Shown here one piece after another: positions 55,401 through 63,300 of a DNA stretch of 64,000 nucleotides; the first letter of the stretch is position 1; each line of letters opens with the position of its first letter. The notes under the pieces were generated by a model that saw nothing but the letters and a program-made list of their open reading frames with translations, was not told where the DNA came from and searched no databases. A program made the translations under genes and the position numbers. Source of the DNA: Isurus oxyrinchus (taxonomy: Eukaryota). The DNA is taken from assembly GCA_026770705.1 (NCBI GenBank), contig JANJGN010000034.1, positions 5,642,001-5,706,000 on the forward strand. Direction: 5' to 3'.

Positions 55401-55752
55401 GACCTGCTGAGTTTTTCCAGGTAATTCTGTTTTTGTTTTGGATTTCCAGCATCCGCAGTTTTCTTTGTTTTAATCAATAGGCGTAGTCTGTTTAAATTAA
55501 TCGGAAGTGTTAAATGTAAATGCATTTTGATATCATCGCAGTTTTCACCTGGGACGGTTTTGCACATTGAATTCAATTGAAATCGCGTTTCTTTCAAAAT
55601 GTTAAAAGCAACTTGTCTTTCAAACTTCAAATCAATCAATCGTGTTTTGAATCGGTTTACTGTGGAGTTCATGCGAACATGAGCTTAATTGTGTCACATT
55701 ATTAAAGTGATTTTATACATTGCAGCAAGCAAATTGTTCGACAAAGAAAGAG
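10378..55752 (+). CDS. Multi-microexon gene (5'-partial) encoding an ~197-aa Lys/Glu/Leu-rich heptad coiled coil; architecture reminiscent of butyrophilin/chicken B-G heptad-exon tails, identity unresolved
   Basis: About 20 short exons, each AG...GT, each a multiple of 3 and phase 1-1, all on + strand. They concatenate without stops into a 3-4 hydrophobic repeat, and paralogous exons are similar to each other. Confidence 0.88.
13136..13325. repeat. Compound (TTA)n / (TCT)n microsatellite
   Basis: Directly visible; explains the low-complexity ORFs 13060-13326 and 13106-13291. Confidence 0.95.
13571..13597 (+). CDS. Microexon E2 (27 nt, B type): AKAQLDKDK
   Basis: ctctttttag|CAAAAGCGCAGTTGGACAAGGACAAGG|gtaatg; paralog of E12. 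Confidence 0.88.
13758..13860 (+). mobile_element. Penelope-like 3' end with decayed hammerhead motif
   Basis: ctgaagaagtgtcatgcagactcggaaggctaactctg...agatgctgctcggcctgctgagtttttccagca. Confidence 0.7.
14330..14920 (+). mobile_element. Decayed CR1 3' fragment
   Basis: ttctcctcaaaaacagg...aaggggagagtta...ggaaccattgcctgaaa; typical CR1 C-terminal/3' pattern. Confidence 0.5.
15312..15347 (+). CDS. Microexon E3 (36 nt, A type): EIRKLKEALKDA
   Basis: ttgcttttcag|AAATACGCAAATTGAAAGAGGCATTGAAAGATGCGG|gtgaga; 25/36 nt identical to E13. Confidence 0.92.
16025..16078. repeat. 27-bp tandem duplication
   Basis: acccatcctcccttctcgcccaggtac followed by acccatcctcccttctcgcccaagtac (1 mismatch). Confidence 0.9.
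16799..16825 (+). CDS. Microexon E4 (27 nt, B type): EEKLRACKE
   Basis: cttatttcttatag|AGGAAAAGCTGCGTGCATGCAAAGAAG|gtaatg. Confidence 0.88.
17582..17608 (+). CDS. Microexon E5 (27 nt, short A type): ELDGYAKTD
   Basis: ttttttctctcaattag|AACTGGATGGCTACGCAAAAACTGACG|gtgggt. Confidence 0.75.
18560..19060 (-). mobile_element. Decayed LINE fragment (3085 family, reverse)
   Basis: ttgctgctggagcag...gtgctgagttaatcac...gtagctcttttagccatta...atggttgcccacag...aacgttgaatgtcgagaagagatg is the reverse complement of the family pattern. Confidence 0.55.
20040..20380 (-). mobile_element. Penelope-like element end (older copy)
   Basis: Reverse-complement similarity to 57880-58230 (gttaacatttcgagtc, ctggtttaaag, ggtgttgaaggtgctgatattatcta). 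Confidence 0.7.
21522..21548 (+). CDS. Microexon E6 (27 nt, B type): DQQLKDTKA
   Basis: ttcctctgctag|ACCAACAGTTGAAAGACACAAAAGCAG|gtgaatcatt; same intron start as E16. Confidence 0.85.
21852..21985. repeat. Degenerate (TG)n/(GA)n microsatellite
   Basis: Directly visible. Confidence 0.9.
22755..22945. mobile_element. Old degenerate Penelope-like inverted end
   Basis: aatgctggaaattctcaacag...cagcaacatttgtggagagag ... ctctctcctccagatatgctgcc...tttttgcttcta. Confidence 0.55.
26180..28330. mobile_element. Decayed CR1 fragments (endonuclease on +, ~26180-26680; RT on -, ~26700-28330)
   Basis: PIRDENILDLVL-like segment at ~26580; reverse RT-region remnants downstream. Confidence 0.5.
30008..30043 (+). 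CDS. Microexon E7 (36 nt, A type): ELKKLKEILRNK
   Basis: gatttttttttag|AATTAAAGAAGCTCAAAGAGATATTGAGAAATAAAG|gttaaa (weak donor); paralog of E17. Confidence 0.85.
30570..31010 (-). mobile_element. Deu-domain SINE (SacSINE1/AmnSINE1-like), decayed
   Basis: gtagtcacttttgtaat, ataattggccagggc, tatgccatgg, gtcagcacgtcc, gtgtcagtttagaatt resemble the reverse strand of the recalled DeuSINE consensus. Confidence 0.55.
31443..31469 (+). CDS. Microexon E8 (27 nt, B type): DGDLDKKNK
   Basis: cattattcttag|ATGGCGACTTGGATAAAAAAAATAAAG|gtgagtaaaca. Confidence 0.85.
31700..31738 (+). CDS. Tentative microexon E9 (39 nt, A type): ELEGKRKDVTDGQ
   Basis: tttgtttgttgactgcag|AATTAGAGGGG...GGACAAA|gttgga. Good acceptor and A-type start (AATTAGAG vs AATTAAAG in E7), in the expected slot, but the donor is weak. 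Confidence 0.45.
32961..32981 (+). CDS. Tentative microexon E10 (21 nt, shortened B type): (K/E)LLNNKE
   Basis: ctgcctacaaacag|AGCTCTTGAATAACAAGGAAG|gtaact; donor gtaac shared with its positional paralog E20. Confidence 0.55.
34959..34985 (+). CDS. Microexon E11 (27 nt, short A type): ELEDLAKKL
   Basis: gctaac (branch-like)...gactttcag|AACTTGAGGATCTTGCCAAGAAATTGG|gtaagc. Confidence 0.9.
36400..40610 (+). mobile_element. Cluster of decayed CR1 ORF2 pieces
   Basis: RT motifs in broken frames: ANVTLWFKK (~37220), QYGFINGKSCATNLIE (~37370), IKFTVDTK (~37730), HRGFMK (~40170). Confidence 0.75.
39360..39975 (+). mobile_element. LINE 3' fragment (3085 family) nested inside CR1 RT
   Basis: gggattctgcggcgagtaactcacc, gatggaatactctc, caaggacaaagc, caccaccttctcaaag, A-rich tail; the CR1 reading continues on both sides. 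Confidence 0.8.
40890..40916 (+). CDS. Microexon E12 (27 nt, B type): AEAVLAKDK
   Basis: tgtttctttccag|CTGAAGCAGTGCTGGCAAAAGATAAAG|gtagat. Confidence 0.88.
41240..43030 (+). mobile_element. Several CR1 3'-end fragments
   Basis: ggccatttaggactgag...ttctttactcaaaa; tggcagatcaaatttaatatagagaag (WQIKFNIEK); ggcccactcctgc tails. Confidence 0.6.
43491..43526 (+). CDS. Microexon E13 (36 nt, A type): EIRKLKNALEDK
   Basis: tcttctttttccctctag|AAATTCGCAAATTGAAGAATGCTTTGGAAGACAAAT|gtgagg. Confidence 0.92.
44531..44557 (+). CDS. Microexon E14 (27 nt, B type): SKELKECEQ
   Basis: atcccattacag|CTAAGGAGCTGAAGGAATGTGAACAAG|gtacat. Confidence 0.88.
45670..45770 (+). mobile_element. Penelope-like 3' end, ending ~50 bp upstream of exon E15
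   Basis: ttctgagaagagtcacacaggtcc...ccacagatgctgctggatctgctgagtttttcagcatttcctgttt. Confidence 0.7.
45819..45854 (+). CDS. Microexon E15 (36 nt, A type): ERNKTRKYLKET
   Basis: atttctacacag|AACGGAACAAGACGAGGAAATATCTGAAAGAAACAG|gtgaat. Confidence 0.85.
48008..48034 (+). CDS. Microexon E16 (27 nt, B type): EDKLNQCLK
   Basis: attatttttgcag|AGGATAAGTTGAACCAGTGTTTGAAAG|gtgaatcatt. Confidence 0.9.
49300..51340 (-). mobile_element. Decayed CR1 pieces, reverse strand
   Basis: Reverse-complement CR1 endonuclease and 3' patterns (tctaacgagaacaaac, ttcgccattgaaag, caagctgtgtctttac). Confidence 0.45.
51388..51423 (+). CDS. Microexon E17 (36 nt, A type): ELAKLKKDLKDK
   Basis: ttattatctgcag|AGCTTGCAAAGCTGAAAAAGGATCTGAAAGATAAAG|gtaaac. 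Confidence 0.92.
52313..52339 (+). CDS. Microexon E18 (27 nt, B type): DQKHQRACN
   Basis: aattatcag|ATCAGAAACATCAACGAGCATGCAATG|gtgagtataca; intron start nearly identical to E8's. Confidence 0.82.
52690..52716 (+). CDS. Microexon E19 (27 nt, short A type): EIEELLENT
   Basis: tttctgtttattttgaag|AGATCGAAGAGCTGCTTGAAAACACAG|gtaagc. Confidence 0.85.
53519..53559 (+). CDS. Candidate alternative terminal exon: DSAIGLELMPLDH*
   Basis: Pyrimidine-rich acceptor cttacctttcacag; phase-1 reading ends at TAA 53557-53559; AATAAA at 53741-53746. It lies upstream of E20, so it could only be an alternative end. Confidence 0.3.
55237..55470. mobile_element. Young Penelope-like inverted-repeat insertion with perfect 15-bp TSD
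   Basis: ~96-bp arms around loop gaacttgat (55333-55341), 2 mismatches seen; TSD taatcaataggcgta at 55222-55236 and 55471-55485. Confidence 0.9.
55288..55340 (-). ncRNA. Minimal type-I hammerhead-like motif with variant core (CUGUCGA...GAAA CG UC)
   Basis: Minus strand reads aagtt-CTGTCGA-a-gggtc-atgag-gactc-GAAA-cg-TC-aactc: stem I AGUU/AACU, stem II GGGUC/GACUC, palindromic stem III; A6 replaced by U. Confidence 0.55.
55726..55752 (+). CDS. Microexon E20 (27 nt, B type): ASKLFDKER
   Basis: ttttatacattgcag|CAAGCAAATTGTTCGACAAAGAAAGAG|gtaacc. Confidence 0.8.
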
Positions 55753-56569
55753 GTAACCACTCAACATGTCTGCATGTACCTCTGTTTTAATTGTACAATG
55801 CTATGTGCCCCTGCTGTATTGCACTTCTCTTGTGAAATGTATTGGTAGAAATGGGTCCGAAACCATAGGACAGAAAAGGGGATATTGATTCAGCATTCCT
55901 TTATAAGTCTCATTTCAGTTTGGCACATTTTACAATCCGTATTATTCTTTGACGGGATGAGGAGGTCTTTGGCTATGCCAACATTCTTGGCCCATCGAAA
56001 ATTGCCTTTGGGAAGCTGGAAATGAACTACTCTTTGAACCGCCACAAATCAATGTGGTGTTGGGAAACAAACATTGCTACGAAGGTAGGAGTTCCAGGAC
56101 ATTGACCCTATTGGTGTAAGTGAAGTGAAGCACCTGGTAGGGAATATTACAACTTTTTTGTATATTAATGTCCTTATTGCACCAATTCCCCTGACACATT
56201 CCAACCCCCTAAACGACTCAGATAATCATGTTATAAGTAACAGAATCTGATTGTAGCCAGATGTCGATAGAGTTTTCTAGTCTCACTATTTACTATAAGG
56301 TGTTAATTGAGCGTTTATAATGACAACTGTCAATATAAGCTTGTCATTTGCATTCAGCAGAAAAAAAAAACTCATCCGAACCACTTCAAAGCTTGCCAGT
56401 TTTATTAAGTGTACATTTAGGAATGCCATCAATGAGTCGAACTTAAGTGTGCGATGTAGTTTTCATGAATACAATCGGGGAAGTGGCGGCAAAATGATTG
56501 TATGTTGTGTGAGATCAGGAAGAAACATGTTGCATACCATTTGCACATTGTTCTTTTGCAATTATTAGC

Positions 56570-57060
56570 ATTCCTTCATTGGATGCAGCAGCTGGAAAGA
56601 CGAGAATGTGTTCGCTATCCCTAATTCCCTTTGCACAGGTGTTGGTCAACAGACGTGGACATTTCTATAGCGATTTCGTACAGCTTAAAGGCTTTGTCGG
56701 GAATTTCAGAAGCATTTAAAGGTCATTCATATTGTTTTCGGTCGGGAGACCAGGAACTGACCAGGTGAAGAAATCAGATTTGCTTCTGGAAAGAACATTA
56801 GCGAGCATTACGCTACGCCACCACGGCCCCCCACCCCCCCCCGCCCCCAAGACTCCAGCCTACCTACTCCCCACCCGGCCCCAACAACTGACGATATTTT
56901 CACGGCAGCATTACTGCATATATCTTTCAAAACACTTTTAATATTTAATTAATTTAATGAACTCCCACAAGCTGCCAAGCTCGGATAGTAAGTAATTTCC
57001 CAAAGTTTGAGCTTTGTCCTCTGGGTACCTCCTACAATCAGATTGCCACTAATGCAGCGT
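56570..57060 (-). mobile_element. tRNA-type SINE, same family as 298-600
   Basis: atccctaattcccttt, tttcagaagcatttaaaggtca, gaccaggtgaagaaatcagatttgcttc, cccacaagctgcca. Confidence 0.6.
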
Positions 57061-57512
57061 CTTCCCGCAAATACACACTTGCGTTCACCGTTTTCCCTCT
57101 GCTATATCAAAGCTATGGTTGCAACTAGTACAATCTCATTCAAATGCTTCCGTTCCTGCACAAACGAAGAAAAGAGGAAAATTATGACTGCAGCAAAAAG
57201 CCATTAAGAAGATGACACCGTTTTTCAGGGCAATTGTAAATAAGATGTTTCCACTTGAGGAAATTCCGAACGGCATGCCATAAGACAGTAACAAATAGAT
57301 GCTATTGGTCGTTTAGTAAATGCGTGTTTAAACAGTTATTAGATAAATGTAGCAATGAACTATTTGAGACAAGAGCATAGGAACATATAATAATGACCTA
57401 TGTAGAGCATAAGAGGGAGATAAAGCTAAAGGTATTAGCAAAAAGGTTTTTTTGAGGATTTGAGTGGTGCACTCAACATTGATTGATGGATTTACATGGG
57501 AAGCATTTGGAG

Positions 57513-57710
57513 ATTGGTAATGTCACTGGAATAATAACGCAGAGTCCGAGAGTAATATTCTGAGGGCACGGGTCATATGCCACAATAGTAGCTGGTGGAA
57601 TTCAAATAGAAGTAGTTGAAACATGTAACTAAGAGCTGGTTTAAGAGCAAGTAACCCAGAAATCATTGTCGATTGTCATAAGGACCTGTCTGTTCACTGA
57701 CTGGGCTTCA
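57513..57710 (+). mobile_element. tRNA-type SINE 5' part
   Basis: tggtaatgtcactggaataataa...gctggtggaattcaa...cattgtcgattgtcataa...gttcactga. Confidence 0.7.
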
Positions 57711-57799
57711 CAGACTGGGTTTGTTCCGAAGAGTGATGATTGACAAGATTTAAGTTTATTGCATCAAAACCACGTTGACAAATAGACACAAATGTATAT

Positions 57800-58008
57800 A
57801 TTCATTTATTTAGTTTTTTTTTCATCTTTTATGCTCTCCCCACCCCCACTAGAGCTATACTTTGAGTGCCCTACCATCCATTCTTAAGTAGCACGTTCGT
57901 TTAGATAATATCACCAACTTTAACACCTATGTGTTCTTTTGTATTATTGTTGTTGACATATTTTAATGATCTGCTTCTATCACTGCTTGTTTGTCCCTAC
58001 AACCACAA

Positions 58009-58039
<31 letters not shown>

Positions 58040-58230
58040 CGCACCCCCCCTCCCCCCACCCCCCCACACACACACCTTAAACCAGCTTATATTTCAACTC
58101 TTTCTTGGACTCGAACTCAAGTTCTGTCAAAGGGTCATGAGGACTCGAAACGTCAACTCTTTTCTTCTCCGCCGATGCTGCCAGACCTGCTGAGTTTTTC
58201 TAGGTGATTCTGTTTTTGTTTTTGTTTTTT
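57800..58230 (+). mobile_element. Penelope-like element 3' region with (CT)n/C tract and hammerhead-like end
   Basis: Ends gttctgtcaaagggtcatgaggactcgaaacgtcaactc...gctgagtttttctaggtgattctgtttttg, near-identical to the 55342-55440 arm. Confidence 0.85.
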
Positions 58231-58529
58231 ATCGCGGAAATTATACTTCATCTTCTGGGTGAGTCAGAACAACGGCGCACTGTTTCAAAATTCAGGGCCG
58301 CACTTTTAGGAACAAGATGAGGGAAGTTTTTTTTTCACTCTCGGAGGATTCGGAGACTTTCCACAGTCGCAAAAGGCGCTGGAGGCTGGTCTTACTGGAT
58401 TACCAGCAGAGGCAGTATGGTATACGACCAGCATTTTAAACTCATGGCCCAGCATGTCCCTCAGTCTACCATGATTGTTGGAGTTGAGTTGTGGAGGGTG
58501 TCTTAATGATTGGAGTGGGGGGGAGGGGG

Positions 58530-60135
58530 GGGGGGGGGGTTGGGTGTCGAAAATGGTTCAATGAAGCTTGCAGGATTGTAAGCCAGGAGCGGCGCCAGTG
58601 GATCTTAAAATGAAATTTCAAACTTGTTAATGCACAACACAATGCTACCTGCGCAGTAAACAGCGTAACCACATTGCAATAGAATGATATTAGTGACCGG
58701 ACAGCCAATGTATGTAATCCGATCTAAGTGCTGCAATTTTGCCTCACCCAATCATGAACATTAGTAGCAAAATAAAACATCTAACTGAAGGTGGCGGTTT
58801 CATATGATCCAAAACATCAACGACAAGGGAGCCTAATGCTTGAATGCAAAAGGCAAGTATGAAGCATTCACAACCATCTGCTGCCAGAAGTGCCGAATGG
58901 AATATAATTGTCAGGCAATGACCGATGCCACCAGCATCGCAGGTAACATTTTTTCAAAAATCCAATTGACCGCACATTACATCAAGCAACAGCTGAAGGC
59001 AGAGAATACTGCAAAGGCTTTCCTTAATTTTGATGACGTGTTGAGCTCAATAAATATCCTCCTCCATAGACACGCTGTTAAAATTCAGTTAGCATCTAAC
59101 CGGCAATGTGGAAATTGCCCAGACATGTCCTGGAGAGGATAAGCTTGGAAAATCAAATGTGGATATTTAACGGACCATCAGTCTACACTTGCATAACAGA
59201 AAATGATGCAAGGTACCATCCAGAGTGCAATCAAGTGACACTTTCTCAGAAAAAAAAACTGTTTACTGACCCTCAACCTTGATTCCAACAAGGCCATTCG
59301 ACAGCTGACCTCTTTATAGCCTTGATCGAAACATGAAAAAAAGGATTGCACACAGGAGGTGGGGTGAGAGTCACTGCTCTGTGATTGACATAAGACAGCT
59401 TTTGTCTGAGTAAGGCAACAAAGAATTCTAGAAAAACAGGAGTGAATGGGGAATAGAAATCGGAGTCATAAATTCTAGAAAACAAGATGGTTCTGGTAGG
59501 TCATCTCACGACTAGGACAGTACTGAAGGAGTTCCACAAGATTATGTCATAGACCCAACCATATTCATTTGCTTCATGAAATACCATTTCTCCTTATTAA
59601 GATCGGAAATAGTGAATTTCGTTGACAATTACAGAATATTCAGCGCAACCCATAAACCCGTCAGATAATGAAGGATTCAATTCCCATAAGCAGCAAGAAG
59701 AGGGAAACATTCAGGGTGAGGCTGCTGGGTGCTAATTTAAATTTGCATCAGGCAACTGCCAGGAAATTAGCAAATGCAAGAAGGGATGACGAAATATATA
59801 TCCCTGACAGTGAATTGAGTTACCATCACTGATTCTCCGACTATGAACATCCTCTGGGAAGGGGGCTGGTCGGCTGCTTTGGAGTTACCATTGACTAAGA
59901 ACTGGACTAGGCTGCCATACTCTTCACTTGGCTACATCAGCAGGTCCGAGACGGAGAATTCTGCAACAGGCAACTCAGCACCTGACAGCCCAAAACCTGC
60001 CCACTATATACAACCTTGAAGTCTGGAGTGTGTTTGAATACTCTCCGCTTTCCTGAATGAATGAAACTCCACAAAGACTGAGAAGAGCTTGACACCATCC
60101 AAGACAAAGCAGCCCACCTATGGGAAATCCATTCA
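58530..60135 (+). mobile_element. Longer decayed LINE (3085 family) RT region
   Basis: gcattcacaaccatctgctgccagaagtgccga, gctctgtgattgacataagacagcttt, cttgacaccatccaagacaaagcagccc. Confidence 0.75.
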
Positions 60136-60139
60136 CAAA

Positions 60140-60810
60140 CGGGACCCGTTACTTTTTTACTCTCATGTGAGTTATGCCTTCCCTTACACAAATTGTTAGG
60201 AGCATGCAGATATTCCAGCTCTGAACATAAAAGTAGGGACGTTTTGTTCCAGTTGTGCATGTCACTTGTGAGACGACGTCTGGAGCTGTCTACCTATTTC
60301 GACCACTTATATAAGAATGATGTAAATGCATTAATATGCATTCAGTTAATTTTATTAAACTAATAACAATAATTTGATGATGTGATATGAGGAAAGAATG
60401 GGCAGGCAGGTTTAGAAGTGGAGTAGGCGATTGATTTAAAGATATAAGATCCTGAGGGGCCTTTACAGGCACGATGTGGAGAAGTTGTTTCCACATATGG
60501 GAGAATCTGGAACCAGGGGCCGTTGTTTATCAATATGGAGTTGCCAATTTAAGAAACATATGAGAAGATTTCTCTCTCTCTCAGAGGTTAGTGACATTTG
60601 GAACTCCCTTCCTCAAAAGCCAATAGACGCAAAGTCATTGAATGCTTTCAGGCCGAAGTATGTAGATCCTTGTTAAGAAAGATGGTGAAAGGATGCCATG
60701 GTTAGCCTCGAGGTTACACTTAGATCAGCCATCTTGTTGCTGAGTGACACAGCAGACTCGAAGGTCCGTTTTGTCTATTTCTGCTCCTAATTTGTATGTC
60801 CGTATATGCT
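60140..60810 (+). mobile_element. CR1 3' end
   Basis: EKLFPHMGESGTRG...WNSLPQK (ORF 60476-60676) and tail gatcagccat...ctatttctgctcctaatttgtatgt. Confidence 0.8.
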
Positions 60811-61497
60811 GATTATTTGGTATAGAAAATAAATCCCTCTATCACATGGATAGGTAACTGGGTAAATTAATGGGCACTAGTTTTTTGTCAATGCTCAACT
60901 ATTCCAGGGCCATTTGCATGGATCAAGCGCGTTTTTTAATGCTATGCTTATATTATATGCACGAATTTTCTGACCTGGGGAATTTGTCTAGTGGCATTTT
61001 TGTAGGAGAATCTTAAAGATAAAAAGATCTCGGCCGGCAAACGAACATAAGTTGAGTTTGATGCAAGAAGCTAAGGGTTAAAGCAGCCATCCATTAGTCA
61101 CGAGATGAGTGTAATGTTGAGTATAAGCAATGGAATGCATCAGTGGAGCTGAATAACCACTTTTCACGATCATTAAAATTCGGAGTAGAGTTTAAATTTT
61201 CGTTTCAACTGAAAATTATTTCTACATTTAAATAATTTTTGAGTCCTTTTATTGGCTTGATTTGTATTTTGCTGTCCAAAACCATTCGCATAATCTGGAT
61301 CATGCATTTTTTTAAAAAATCTGGACAAGTACGTAGTGTTTTATTTTAGACAATAAATCGCTGCTTGGTATATGTAATGGCAATATTCGAACCAAAATTG
61401 TTGAGCTCAACTTCACGATGGATGTCTCATGAAAACAAATACATTTTATTACGTGTGTTTAACGGCTATTAAAAAAAAAATCATTCTAATTTTACAG

Positions 61498-61538
61498 AAA
61501 ATGGAGCAAGTCAATTTGTTGAAGCAACTTTAATTTAG
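61498..61538 (+). CDS. Candidate terminal exon: ENGASQFVEATLI*
   Basis: Branch-like ttctaat plus tttacag acceptor; phase-1 reading ends at TAG 61536-61538; ATTAAA near 61626. No similarity to the repeat exons. Confidence 0.3.
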
Positions 61539-61899
61539 GCAAACAAAAAAAAAGAGAAAGGCAATGCTTCAAATGCTCAGAAAGTCAAGGCAGCATCTAT
61601 GTGTTATCTTCTACACTAAAGAGCAATTAAAATAATCAATCGAGCTCCTAAACTGTTTCATTTAGGATAGCTGGGAGTGATAAGCATTTATACACAGGGA
61701 CGTGTTGTCTGAAAACAGAAGGAATATTGTAATTACTTATTTTGCATTATTGTTGACCTCAGAGAACATTTGCTGCCCCAATGTTTCCTCCATCACAACA
61801 TCTTGGCCAATAATGATCGACTGGCAACAAATCAGCATGCTGCTCTCCCATTTGATTAATTGATGGAATCCTTTGAAATTTGACATTTTTGTGCTACTC

Positions 61900-63300
61900 T
61901 GGATGTTTGAATGTCGAAAAACTTCAGAAACACATTTTTCTTCATTGGCATATGCTCTCCATTAACTGTGCCTACACCTCATCAACTTCTTAACAGATTC
62001 TGAATTTTCATTTCCTCCACACGGACAATTTGAGAACCTCTCCCACTGTCTTACTGTGGCCTCTAATGATAACTTAATAGTGAGTGCATAATTGTTATCA
62101 GCCTCTTCCATTTCCTGTGTGCCCATTTTACTTCTTGTTACTTCTTGGTAACCATTCTGTATGTTCATAATATTTCCATCTGCAATAGAAAACTGCCCTT
62201 TAAGTGAATCCGGCTAGGCCCTGTTAAAGTACAAACATCTTTAGTACAACATCCGTCCTGTACATGTTCTTCCTCTTTCAGAACCTGGACATATTCCATT
62301 AGACGTTAAGGCCCCATGTCCTGGACGACCTGCACATCCATTTACTCACCTTTCTATGCTGTTTTGCCAACACGGATTCGTGCATGGCAGCGGGAGAATT
62401 CCTGAGATTACTACACCGCAGTATCTGCTTGCTATCTATGCATGTATATATTATTTTATATATATATATTATGTTTTGCTTCTTAATTTATTAATTTGTC
62501 CACTTGCATGTTCTTCTGTTTGTTTATCCATTTATTTTTTTTTTCGCTTGACTCTCTATTCTTAACTCGAGTTTAATTTAGCATGCTATTTTCTTCCTGC
62601 ATTAAGTCATTTTCCTTTCTAGTTGTGTCTTCACTACCAATATTGCACTGAGTCATTGACTGTTCATTTGCAGTTTCAGTGTGTTCTGAAACCACTCAAC
62701 AATAGCCCGTGAATTCTGGCTACAGGGAGGCAAGATCTCTTCCCGAATATGCATCCATGTCTTCAGAAACAAATACTTCTAATTATATATTCTCCGACCA
62801 GTTTCCATTCCCCATTCTTCCTCTCGCTTTCCTTATAACTGGAACAAGCCTTGGTGCCATGGTTTTGCCTCTTGCTGCAGTCAATAGTTGATTGAGTACC
62901 AGTTCTACAGTGAGGTGCACTCCGGGGACATTTACACTATCTGACTTCAATTACTGGGTGCATGGCGGTCACCAGTTCATCCTCTGCCTGAAGTCTCTGA
63001 CATTGAGATTGGACCACATTCGCTATTCTGCTACTCCAGTGACCCCTATCTAATTGATGCCCGACAGTGGCAGCAGCTGCGAAATGCTGGAGCTTGAACC
63101 ACTAAAGATGAGAACTTTTTCGGCTTGTGCAGCTGCCCAGGCCACGAGAGTCATCCTGGGTTAGCTCAAAAGGAATGGCATGTCTGCACAAAGGGAGGCT
63201 GATGCCCTGAGACGTGCCTATGTATTAAGTTGTTCACTGAATCTTTAATCAGCTTTTTATTTCTGCTCATTTCAGTTTTATTAAATGCTTATGAAAGAGG
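61900..63300 (-). mobile_element. Decayed CR1 5' portion (ORF1 region), reverse strand
   Basis: Reverse-complement resemblance to the 6700-7750 CR1 ORF1 segment; heavily diverged. Confidence 0.5.
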
